Origin: Haliotis rubra
Taxonomy: Eukaryota
Assembly: GCF_003918875.1 (NCBI RefSeq)
Contig: NW_025767302.1
Span: 1,860,001 to 1,924,000 of the forward strand
Reading direction: 5' to 3'
Length of the DNA stretch: 64,000 bases
Made by a program: the position numbers and the translations under genes. This document shows, one piece after another, positions 13,301 through 26,200 of the stretch. The notes beneath the pieces were generated by a model, which had not been told where the DNA came from, did not search any database, and worked only from the letters and a program-made list of their open reading frames with translations. The first letter of the stretch is position 1. Each line of letters begins with the position of its first letter.

Positions 13301-15461
13301 CACAGTAATAAATGTGTCAGGTGAAAGAACTTGGAACGGTGAGAACGCGTGTACTTAGCAATCACCGCGTAGGAATCACGCTTTTACTTTGCCCAAAAAA
13401 TTAAATAACAAAGAACAGGTTGGGGTTTTTTTTAATAATTTTTACTTAAGTACAACGCACTGTACGGCATAATTAAGTGCTGAGTGTTACAGGTGAGAGC
13501 GTAGAATGCCCGACCATTGTGCCATAAGAGACGTTCAGTACTTCAGGAAACATGTATGGATAAACTGTAAAGGCTAACGGCAAACAAACTATCAATACAA
13601 GCACTAACTTCCACTGGCACAAACCCACCGCCCAGACACACAGTACACGTCATTTTACACGTTATGTCCCACACACCACACCCCATAACAACGTTGCAAC
13701 GTTTTCCGCAACGTTCAGGAAATTATTATGCGTGGGCTCCCCCACAACGTTGTTTCGTCATTTTATAACTTGTTGTATACGTTGACTTGCAGTATTAGTG
13801 GGCACTTACATTGTACATACATTTTATGAGAGAGTGGGGTGTCATTGTACACATTTTGTACAAGCCTCTCCATAAAAATCATCATCACCACCCCCTACCC
13901 ATAAATTATGAACGGTCCTTTATGGGGATAAGCATATACCTAACTTGAGGGAGTCGCTAGTCTGTTCTACATTCCCTGAGCCCTAAGTTTTACTTCGCCC
14001 AGCCCTTGTCCCCCGTGCTGTAGTCCCAAAGGCAGGACACTGCATAGCAGGCCTTTACAATATTTACAGACTTGTTCCTTTCTACCCCAAAACATTTTTT
14101 CAGTGAGTATGCGTTAGTCTTGCGTGTTTCGGTAGAGCGTTATATAGCTGTTGAAATATAGAGGGCATTAACTTTCAAGGAATATTCTGTTTTATATTTT
14201 TAAAATAAAAGTCACTCTCTCTACTCGCTTGGTAATTTTTTGAAAAATATATGAATTTGTTGATAATATTGCACTGTTAATGCATACTTGGACAAATATA
14301 ATCACAACAGTGGTGAAAGAGTGATACACATAAGTGGAGGCTATGTTCGTCTGGCAGAACTGAGTACACAATGTCTTAAGACATGTTTTTCGATATGCGA
14401 CAGAGGAAAACCTGACAAACAGAGGTTTTGCGTTCCCCAAACATGGTCTAGTATTGAAGGGAGATAACTCATTCGTAGCCAGTCCGGTCTTTGTGGTCAG
14501 AATACCGGACTGGTCTCATTACTCCCAGCAGTGCGTGGGTTGTTGTCAAAGTTCAAATGGTAATGAACTTCGACACCTACATCATCTCTGCAAGGAGTCC
14601 TGAGAGTGACAGATCAATCTTGGTACACCAGAAGTCGGTGACTGACCTGCGTCCGAATTTCTAGCCATTTATTTTGAGAAATTGGCACAATCAACAAACA
14701 GAGCCAACATGGGGAGACAGTGAAACAGTAATCGTATAGTCATAACTGAATACAGTTGATTCTGTGATAAACCTTAGACTGAAACAGTACCAGCAATTTA
14801 TGGATAGATAGATAGATAGATTTGTTTAAACATAAACACCAATACAACTGAAATAAACATCAAATAAAACCAAATCAGCGCTTGCGTTCGCCGATTCCAA
14901 AGCTGTGGACGAGTAAGTTTGGCTGCACAATGTCTGCTCATGTCAACATATTTACGTCACACTTCGGTGGCACAAGATGCCAATGCATGTCCAATGAGTA
15001 CTTGTGGAGCAGTGTTCAAATTAGTAAGATAGATAAGATATAACTTTATTATTCCGGAGGAATTTCTTTTTGCATCAAAAACAGCCTCAAAATGAATATA
15101 TATACAAAATTCACAAAAATATACACAATAATTGCATGCACAGTAGCCTTCGTATTAAAATATTCGTTAAAGCATCCGTAGTTTTCATTACTGACGCAAT
15201 AGTGTCTTGAATAATAACATTTTGATGAATATAGTTTTATTGGTATTGTTAGCATATACGTTACAAGAAACCTTAAATTTCTTTTGTTTATTTATAATCA
15301 GTAAGACAAATTTGGTGATCATTTTGCATCCTTATTAAATGTTCTGTGTGTTATTTTGGACACACACCATACACCGATATGTGTCTCAGTTTTGAACTAG
15401 CTTTGTTGTCGACCAATGAAATAACTTGTTACAGGACGTCGACATTAGCTAATCAGACTTA

Positions 15462-15889
15462 GGCTGAAGGGGTCGTTGTCGGCACGGGTACTACAGATAT
15501 GTACCCCAGGTATGTTTCTGTATACAGATATGTACCATGGCCATAATGAGAATACAGAAACGTACCCTAGGACGATTCCATTCCCATTGTGTCGTATTCT
15601 TGATCGGAACTGTCATGCTGTTGTATTAGATACATTTGATTGCGTTATGTAAGTTATGAGAATACACAGTAACGGATATTTCGCGATGCACATGAATACC
15701 ACTCGCAATCAGTTGAACGGGAACAACTACATGCGGTTTCGGTTTTGGATTGCGGAATATGGACTCGGCCGCCTTTTAGGGTACCGGGTACGTTTCTGTA
15801 TTTTGACTTTGTTTAGGGTACATATCTGTAACAGAAACGTACCTGTGGTACGTATCTGTAGTACCTGTGCCGACAACGACCCCTTCAGC
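15462..15889. mobile_element. MITE, PIF/Harbinger-like (long TIRs, TTA/TAA flanks)
   Basis: GCTGAAGGGGTCGTTGTCGGCAC at the left end and GTGCCGACAACGACCCCTTCAGC at the right, with subterminal repeats. Confidence 0.8.
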
Positions 15890-17809
15890 TAAAATATTCT
15901 CAATTCGAAATTTCCCAACCACAGAAAATTCTTCGATGCCTAAAAGACTGCTGAGATTGTATGGCGGTATACTTGGAAATTTAAAGTCTCTACCGTACAG
16001 TCAATCATTGTCGTTCGGAATTCCTCGTGTTAACATTTTCGAGTTTGCGTGATTAGAAAACGCACTATGACTTCCATCTTTGTGATCTTGTAAGCGGCTT
16101 TCTGATTGGTCGGCAAAAAGGTCGTCCTGACATGACCTGGGGTGTCCTCGTATCTTTGTGCAGCGGGAGCACGCATTTATTTTGGGTACTGCCCAAGTTA
16201 TATTTGATTGGCATTGGTTATCTAGGTTAAATGTATTCAACAATTGGTTGCCAGAAATATGGTAACGGAGGTTGACTCAGGACACATTATATTTAATAAT
16301 AAACCACAAGCAATGACAGTATCGTTACGGAATAGCTTTACACAGCTTTGTGACGTGTGTAGCCATTATATAAATCGACCAAAATGTGAATACGATATAT
16401 ATCAATAAATATTTTTCAATTCTTATATTTAGACATAATGCGTTTCTGTGACTTCTAAGCATACATTTTTTGATAAATGTGTCAACTGAAAAATCGAATT
16501 CGTTATGTCAGTACATTCAAAATTCCTGATTTATTGCAGTTAAGCAGTTAAACGGCCTCTCATATGCCTTAAGATATTGTTACTGTTATTCAGGTTATAT
16601 CTAGATCATACGTGTCAGCAGGGGGAGGTGGGGTAGCCTAGTGGTTAAAGCGTTTGCTTGTCGGGCCGAAGGCCTGGGTTCGATTCCCCACATTGTTACA
16701 ACGTGTGAAGCCAATTTCTGGTGTCCTCCGCCGTGGTATTGTTTGAAAATTGCTAAACGCGGCGTAAAACTATACGAACTCACTCACACTCCTTCGTGTC
16801 AGCAGAATACCACAATTTCTACAACACGATGGTTTGGAATGTAATTAATAAGATAGACCAATGGACGAAATCACGAGCACCATGCATCACGACAGCGTGA
16901 TCTTGTGGTCGGCATCAGTCAGTCTACAAGAACCTATCGCCCTCAACCCGCTACGACTTAACCATTTTTATAGCATCTTACACGAGTGGGTGAGTGAGTG
17001 AGTGAAAAATGAACCTTGCATCGGCAATATGTCAGTCATAGAATGCGTTGTAAGCAATGGGCATTCGCGTATGAACAATCTGATGAATGAGTGAGTTTAG
17101 TTTTACGTCGCTTTTAGCAATATTCCAGCAATATCACGGCGGGGGACACCAGAAATTGGCTTCACACATTGTACCCATGTGAGGAATCGAACCCGGGTCT
17201 TTGGCGTGACGAGCGAACGCCACTAGGCTACCTCACCGCCCCTTTGGTGTAATGAATGATAGATCTAGTATGTTTAGAACTACTCGTCAGAAATGTAGAG
17301 GGGGAAGTTATGCCGTGTTGACACGCTGATCGGGGTAATTGCGTTCACCCTATCAAAGGTATTTCAAACTTTAAAAACCCTCTTGTTTGTTCCCGCCCAC
17401 CTGAGGATTTAAATATAACTGAAGGTGATAAACAAGTATGAAGTGCGAATTGTGTATGCTCGACACCGTCAGGAGGAAGGCTAGACGGTATCCAGATGGC
17501 AGTCCCGCGCACCACTGAGGCAGACCGTGACAAAGAAGTTGATTCTTTGTACACACCCCTGTCTTGTATAATCAAACACTGAGCTCATGAAGTCATGAAG
17601 CCTTTGTCGAATGTCATATTCACTGAAGTTATAGTTGAAATAATCTTTTTAAAGACTTGAGTTGTTACACAATAGTTTTCTCTCTGTTACCATAATAGAA
17701 CTGGCTAGACCTACTCTGTTTTCTTTTGGTTTGGTTTTATGAAATACATGCGGGCAATGGTTCAGATTCAGCTGAAAGGCTGTAACGTTCAGGTAATGCA
17801 TTAAATTCA

Positions 17810-18962
17810 TCTGAGATCGTGGGACGCTCAGATAATGCTTTAGCAGAGAGCTAGGGTACGTCGTTTAGACAATGCTTTGCTTGCAGCTGAGAGGGTAGAT
17901 CGTTCAGACAATGCTTTGCATGCTACAGGGAGGGTAGGTCGTTTAGACAATGCTTTGCATGCAGCTGAGAGAGTAGGTCGTTCAGACAATGCTTTGTATG
18001 CAGCAGAAAGAGTAGGTTGTTAAGACAATGCTTTGTGTGCAGCTGAGAGGGTAGGTCGTTAAGACAATGCTTTGTATGCAGCTGAGAGGGTAGGTCGTTC
18101 AGACAATGCTTTGTATGCAGCAGGGAGGATAGGTCGTTAAGACAATGCTTTGTATGCAGCTGAGAGGGTAGGTCGTTAAGACAATGCTTTGCATGCAGCA
18201 GGGAGGATAGGTCGTTCAGACAATGCTTTGTGTGCAGCTGAGAGGGTAGGTCGTTAAGACAATGCTTTGTATGCAGCTGAGAGGGTAGGTCGTTCAGACA
18301 ATGCTTTGTATGCAGCAGGGAGGATAGGTCGTTCAGACAATGCTTTGTATGCAGCTGAGAGGGTAGGTCGTTAAGACAATGCTTTGCATGCAGCAGGGAG
18401 GATAGGTCGTTCAGACAATGCTTTGTATGCAGCAGGGAGGGTTAGGTCGGACAATGTGCAGCTGAGAGGGTAGGTCGTTCAGACAATGCTTTGCATGCAG
18501 CTGAGAGGGTAGGTCGTTCAGACAATGGCTTTGTATGCAGCAGGGAGGATAGGTCGTTAAGACAATGCTTTGTATGCAGCTGAGAGGGTAGGTCGTTCAG
18601 ACAATGCTTTGTATGCAGCAGGGAGGGTAGGTCGTTCAGACAATGCTTTGTATGCAGCAGGGAGGGTAGGTCGTTCAGACAATGCTTTGTATGCAGCAGG
18701 GAGGGTAGGTCGTTCAGACAATGCTTTGTATGCAGCTGAGAGGGTAGGTCGTTCAGACGATGCTTTGTATGCAGCAGGGAGGGTAGGTCGTTCAGACAAT
18801 GCTTTGTATGCAGCAGGGGGGATAGGTCGTTCTGACAATGCTTTATGTGCATCTGAGAGGGTAGGTCGTTCAGACAATGCTTTGTATGCAGCTGAGAGGG
18901 TAGGTCGTTCAGACGATGCTTTGTATGCAGCAGGGAGGGTAGGTCGTTCAGACAATGCTTTA
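17810..18962. repeat. 39-bp minisatellite (~29 copies)
   Basis: Unit gagagggtaggtcgttcagacaatgctttgtatgcagct, with a gggagg/gcagca variant; degenerate at the left edge. Confidence 0.95.
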
Positions 18963-19975
18963 TCTGGTACTAAGTGTTTCCGAAACCGCCACCAGCTGTA
19001 TAACACTAGGCAAATAACTCTAGTAATTAAGTGTACAGGTAAGGTGTCTAACAGGAGGGTGAGGCTGACACGAGTGTACAGGGAAGGTGTCTACTAACAG
19101 GAGAGGGGGGTGACACAAGTATACAAGTATCATGTCTGACGGGATGGGTAAGAATGTATGAATGTAAGAGGCGATCGATCGATGTTCACGTTGTCAATCA
19201 CTGGGTGTATTAATCATAGCTCCGATTACAGAAATATCCAGTCACAAACAGTGAAAGTGTCACTATAACGCTGAGGATACTACATGTGAAAAGAACACAT
19301 GTACCAGTGAACATGACCTGCAGTCATAACAACTGATATACCCCAGACACAAAACAACAGTCACTATAGTCATAACAACTGATATACCCCAGACACAAAA
19401 CAACAGTCACTATAGTACACGTGTGGAGTACAGTGAACTTTCAGTATCAAGCGAAATACGGGGTCAGGTTAAACTGGTCTTCCACGTGCTGCACGCGTGA
19501 TCACAGCGTTTATCAATTATAGCCAGTCAGTAATAACAAACAAATGCGGATTTTGATGAATGAATATTTTAAAGATCAAAGTGAAATAGATCTTAAATAC
19601 AAAAGTAATATCAAAACATTTTATGAAACATAATTAAAGATTACCAAAACGTTTATGCACAGGAATGTGTCACCTTGGCCGAGCTTCACACCAGGAAGCA
19701 GATATAGTTACGTCTATACGACTGTCTTGCAAGTTGGAGCACGTCAAAACTCGAGATGTCAGTATGTGCATATAGGTATTCGCCAATCAAGTATCTACGC
19801 AGAATGTAAATGTAAACGCATCATTATATTGTTTTACACTCGTGCATACGAGATTGTATTTCCCGGTCAGCGGAGCGTTAATTAGTCCGATGGAACGATG
19901 TGTGTGTTGAACTTATCTATTGTACAAACTTAATCACTGTCGAAGGAAATGGGAAAACGAAAATATAAGTATATG

Positions 19976-19976
<1 letters not shown>

Positions 19977-20007
<31 letters not shown>

Positions 20008-20042
20008 CTGCCTGCGTGCGTGCGTGCTTGCGCGCGTGTGTA
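19977..20042. repeat. (GT)n/(GCGT)n microsatellite
   Basis: Directly visible in the sequence. Confidence 0.9.
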
Positions 20043-21685
20043 TGTTTGAATGTATATCATTGGGAATCCAATTTTATTACTTTAATCATATTCAATATAA
20101 TGACTGACATACTGCATGGAGACATTGTCTCGGTGGCAGGCATGGCACTCGTTACGACGTCTAGACCAGGACTGATTATGTAGGAATGAACCATATCCCC
20201 CAGGAGAAACCATACGTGTGCTCCGGTTAGTGCTTTTAGTGTCCCATAGCGAAATGTGTTGCTAATTGGATAACATTATAGGGAAAGTAATGGGGTGTTT
20301 GTCCATATTAATGTATGCCGCCATGACTCGGTAAAGACTGTCTAAGGTCAATAACTCGTGGGCGTTGAGTCCAAGTGTCTGGTCCCATGCAGCCACCTGC
20401 AGTTTTGTTCACTACCCAGTTTGTCCGTTCTGTATCTTAACACATCCGGGATTTAAATGATTACATAACGTTAATATTGTGACGAAAACAAATGACAGCT
20501 GGGTTGAGAACTCACAATTATAAGATTGTGTTACCTTTTAACTATCAGGATGTGATGTATATAAACTTTGATGCAAGTTGTTACATATTGAATAAACTGG
20601 CACGAGAATAGACTACCATGATCCCCATGAACGTTATATTAGGTCACAAAATGAAGGGTCACGTCGACCTGAGCCCTCGCTCAGCTATTGAAATATCACT
20701 GTCTAGTACATAATATCATTACAGGTCTATTTTCATTGCAGCTTAGCTAACACGCCACTTAGACACGCACACCACGAGAGAGGCGATCGTACTAATTATT
20801 TTTACAAGTAGCTTTTCGTCTCGATATATTTTCTAAATTCCGCTAAAAAGTAGGTTACAACGAAGAGTTGAAGACAAAAAATGATAAAACATACATCCCA
20901 TTGAGTTAACTCGCACGTCTGCTTTGGGTTCGATCTACAGACTTCGACGCAAGTGGCAACGATGCATGAACGCATGATCAGCAGTCCAACCAGAGTAGCG
21001 TCCCTTACATGTAGTTGCTCGGTAAGAAACAACACGATGTTCATAAGAGAATGTTTGAATCTGAAGAATGGTTTGTAATCGATATTCGCACATGCAAGGT
21101 GTAATGATTCTTCAACATTCTACTCAAATATCTAAGTTCTAAACTAGATCAATAGGTTAGTTAGGCTTGGCCAAGACTGTGGTTGATTTTCCTGTGAACA
21201 TCTAGACTAGTCGAGCATATAACTACTGCAGACGACTTTGCACTATATACCAAGGTGTGCTCGATGTAGGCCTTGGCTGGAATATACGAGTTTATTCATA
21301 TGAACTAGTGGACATCATGCCACTCGTGGATATGATATTGGGATTATTGTAGACAACTGTTGAATTATTAACCTTACAGGGATGTGTCACAAGATAGGGG
21401 ACTTAGGGACCGTTCATAATGTATGGCTAGTGGGGTGATGATGATATTACCAGTGTAAATGTATAATGGGAAAATGTATCTGGTTATGGCTGGCAATCAA
21501 TATAGCTCATACAAATTGATAATCAATAACTAAATATTGATCAATTATCGATAAATATCAGAGAAGTGAATTTGAGCAAAACTCCATGGATTGCTGACAA
21601 AAACAGCATCCTGAGCATACATATCAAGCAGCCTTTGAATAAAAACTTTCATTGAAATGTGTGTGTGTGAATTAAAACTTAATTA

Positions 21686-22070
21686 GGGAACGTTCATAAT
21701 TTATGGCTTGGGGGTTGGGGGAAAGAGTGATAATAATTTTTATGGGGAAGCATGTACAATGTGAATGCCCCCCCCCTAAAATTTATGTACAAAATAAGTG
21801 ACCCCCTGCATGTCATGTACAAAATCAATTACCCCCCCTCCCCTTCCCATAATTTCTAAGCATAATTTTAAGCATATTTTTATGCACAAAAATTGCTTCT
21901 TCTTTTTCTTCCCCCCTAGTATGTGTGTACAAAATTGCTGACAGCCCTGCCCCCTTGGCTCCCCAGATCAAATTGAGTGAACCAACCAACCAACCAACCA
22001 ACCAAACACCCCCACCCCCACCCTCCTAATATCATCATCAACTCCCTAGCCATAAATTATGAACGGTCCC
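21686..22070. mobile_element. MITE, PIF/Harbinger-like
   Basis: TIR GGGAACGTTCATAATTTATGGCT / AGCCATAAATTATGAACGGTCCC with TTA/TAA flanks. Partial copies at ~13840-13920, ~21406 and ~22571. Confidence 0.75.
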
Positions 22071-23220
22071 TAATTCATCTCAGTAGTTTAAGTACTATGT
22101 TATTGATGACACAATTTTCAAAGGATAATCATTGACAATTCTTCCCATCGACAATATTTCCAATTATCAATCTTTTTAGCCAACCCTGTATCTAGTGAAA
22201 ACGGTTCCATGGGAATAATTCCTATAGAGAAGTTAAGTATGAAGGAACAGATACCCTGTTACATTAACTACATATGAGGATTCCAGGTTCAAACTGGGCC
22301 CAGGGAATCTATGCTGGTCGTAAGAGATGGATCAGGTAGTCTGACTCATTGACTTGGTTGATAGAAAGTTTTCATAATGTACTGTCTGCTGTCATATAGG
22401 TGGAGTATTGCTGGGTCATAATGGTGTTGAACAACATATAAACCCAATATCCCTACTATACGACAGTGGCCTTTAAAAATAGAGTTTGGATCAGACAATG
22501 AAGTGATCAATATTGCGAGCAACAATCCACAATTTGGGCTACACCGACATACAGTCAAACAGGTCACTAAGGGACTGTTCATAATTTATGGCTAGAGGGG
22601 ATGATGATGATGTTTATGGAGACACATGTACAATGAGAATGACCCCCCACTAAAATTTATGTACAAAGTAAGTGACACTCCCACCACCATCCCCCACCCC
22701 ACATGTCATGTACAAAAATCAATGACACACACACACTCACCGATACGAAAACCGACATATTCTAACAACTGCTTGGTTGGTTGGTTGGTATGATGTCTAA
22801 CGCCACATTCAGCACCACCAGCTACATGGACCAGATATTCCAGTGACTAACATTATGAGTTGGGATGTCAACCAAGTCAGCAAGTCTGACCACCTGATTC
22901 TGTTAGTCTCCTCTTACGACAAGCATGGGTTGCTGAAGATCAATACTGACCTGGACCTTCATGTATATTCTAACAAAGGATCCCAAAAGGAGTATAAGAA
23001 CCAGTGAACATATATTGAATGCAATCCTAGTTGTCGTTTAGTGATAATATAACTTATTTGCAATAATAAATCAGTATTTGACATCTAGATGAACTTATTT
23101 GTATATAGTTCATGGAGTTACATTAATCAGCCATTCAATTGTTCAAAATCTTACCTTCCTAGTGTTTTTGTTAAACGATAGAATTTCATATGACTAATTG
23201 AACATTCATGTTTTACAGAG

Positions 23221-26200
23221 ATGATGCAGTCAAGATTCTGCCTCCTGAAAAAATTATATTGTGCTCTACAGGACAGAAGGGAACATTGTTTATCAAAAGA
23301 AACATTTCAGCAACTACTGCTTGAGACACGTGTGTCAAATGAAGACTCACCATGCAGAGAGCAACTAGGGGACTTACATGATTCACAGGAACAGAATCAG
23401 CACATTACTGATATCTCTACCATTGAAGGTAGTGAAAATGTGGTCAGGCCTGACCTCACTGGCCAGCCTTGTAGACAGGAGACTCTGCTGATGTTGTCGT
23501 GTGTGACGCTGGTGGTGGAGGCTGGACAGCGTTCAGGACATCCAGGTGTCGGAAGGTGTCCTGGGGCAGGGTGTTCTGATGCTGGACTGTTTTCTGTACA
23601 GAATGCAGGTGGATCGGATGCAGATAGTCACTCCAAGAGAAGACTTTTACATGTGAACATAGCTGAGGATTCATTGATGGATGGTTTGAAGGAGATCAAT
23701 ATTCTGTCAGTTTTGGTGAGAACTTGGGAGCTTTGGTATTATTGCATCTAAGTTCTATTGTAATGTGTGGTAAAATTAAGCATGACATTAATTATTTTGA
23801 TAGAATATGGGTAGCTAGGAGACACACTCAATTTTTCACTCGTCAGAGGGGTACTCAAAGTATGTGGTCTTGACTACCAATTGTCTGATGTCCATTTTGT
23901 GATGGCTGAGTGGGTTAGATTGCTGTCTTTGTGTGCTGGCAATTAGGTGCCCTGCTCGGAGTGCGTTTGAATCCTTGACTCCTCCAAATAAAAATACTAG
24001 AATATGTACTTTACTGAGAAAGTGTAATCCCAAATATAGTGTGTTAACCACTTTATTAATGGCATTGTGTATTCTAAAATGACTGGGCCACCATTGCCCT
24101 ATATCCAGAGAGAACATTTTGCTAATTTGAACTAAATCACAGTTCAGTGTCATTATGTTTTGTGGATATGGTCCAAGAATTTATCAACATTTGAAAAGTT
24201 TATAACACACTAAAATCTTCATGATCATGGTCTTTCTTTCTGTCATGCGTCTGAAAATGTCACATGTTCTACATTTCCACTGAAACTATCCTGAAAGTGT
24301 ATACAGTGGGCAAATAAGTATCAGATTCTATTGGTGACCATCGTGGACATTGTTGTATTTTTATTTCAAATCATTGCATCGTGAATATGTAGTGTAAAAT
24401 AACCTTTTGCAGTTGAAGCTTTCACACAGTAGTGATAGATTCATCAAGTATGCTGCATCCAAGGCCATTCTTGCTGTGGTGAAATGTCCATTGTTTAATG
24501 TAAGTATGATTTATCATGTTAAACAAAAACATATCCTGTATCTTCTTAGCAGTAGAAATATTATGATTTTTAGAATGTTCATCAGTTCCACTTGGATGCT
24601 CAGTAAAATGTAAAGAGGTTCTTTATGTTGGTGTTTGTTATGGTTCACTGGAAAAATGGAAATTCTGTGTATGCTTTAGGCTAATTGTTATTATTAGAAT
24701 AAATTCTGCTTCACATAAATATGACATGCTGCATATACTGCTATTAACCAGAGTATGTAATAAATGCTCAGTTGTCAGGTTTGTTACACTTTTACATGGG
24801 ACAGATAATTCAGGAAAATATATATACACTAATTAGAGTCAGTGAGTAATAAGTATGGTTGTACAGAGCTTTCAGCAATGTTCCAGCAGTATCATGGTGG
24901 TGGACACAAGAAATGGACTTCATACTTTGTACTCATGTTGGGAATGAACACTTGTCTTTAGGATGACAAGCGAACGCTTTTACCTCTAGGCTGCCCCTCC
25001 ACCCTATCATGAGTACCAGTAATGTGTTAGATTAATCTGCTTTGCTGTCATTCCCATTCTATGGAAAACACATTGATTATTAAAAATTAATCAGATTTGA
25101 TTTTGACCCGTCCAGTCTTAATTCAATTACATATGAATACCTATTCATCCTTTTTCTAACATTATGTTCATATCATTGGACAAATATTCTGTGATTTCAG
25201 AAAGCAAGGGAGCATTTCCTAGAGGAGGTGATGTCTGGGGTGATCAACTCCAGCCAAGCGTCAGTCAGGATATCCAACATGGAGTTACTGAAACACCTCA
25301 TGTCAAACAGACATGGCCAGGATCTCAATACATGGTGCCATCAACATCTGACATCATCTCACATACTAAAAGCTGAATATGTTCAAACCATCTTGAGATA
25401 CAAAGAGCATCAGTCCATTGATGAACTCAACACATTTCTGACATTGTTACAGAAAATTGTCAAATTTGTAAATAAATTTGAAAAAGAATTGAAAGAAAGT
25501 CATTTAGAATCATTATTAGATTCAAATCAAGAACATCTGCTCCAGTTCCTGATAAGATCCTTGCAGTATATTAATAAACCAGAGGGGAGAATTGTGTGTA
25601 AAAAGACACTGGATATTTTCAACACATTTCTCCCGTATGGCAGCCATCTTGCAGAGAGGAAGGTTATCACAAGCTTTTACAGTGAGATGTCTGAGAGACT
25701 GCTATCTGAGGTGTGCTCGTCTGCCTTGACGTCTGCTCCCTACGTTCGTCAGTTTGTGTGTTTTGGAGGCAGCCATGTTGAGGGTACACTGGCCGAAATG
25801 CAGAATGGAGATCTGGCTCTTCTCAGGAAACTCATTCTAGCTCTGCTTAAATCCTGTGCCATAATAGTGAGATTGACCCCACAAGTTCCTTCATGTAAGC
25901 ATTTTTTTCAAAGACTCTGAAGCACATATCTTTTGTGTTATGGTCTGTTCAACACATGCACAGCAGAGCTTATCATCATCTTCTTTGTAGATGTGGTCTT
26001 TCTTAAAAATTCCATTGGAAACAACTAATGGGGGCATGGTGGGCGAGCTGGCTAAGGCACCAGGCTAGTTATGAGGTGCCGGGATCGAGCCCACCTGTGA
26101 CCGGGTGTAAAAACCTTGGAGTCAGTTGTGGGTACATCAACTTGCAGTAAACTTGGACAAAGTACTGTGACTATGTGTCCCAGTCCACCAAGCTGTGAAT

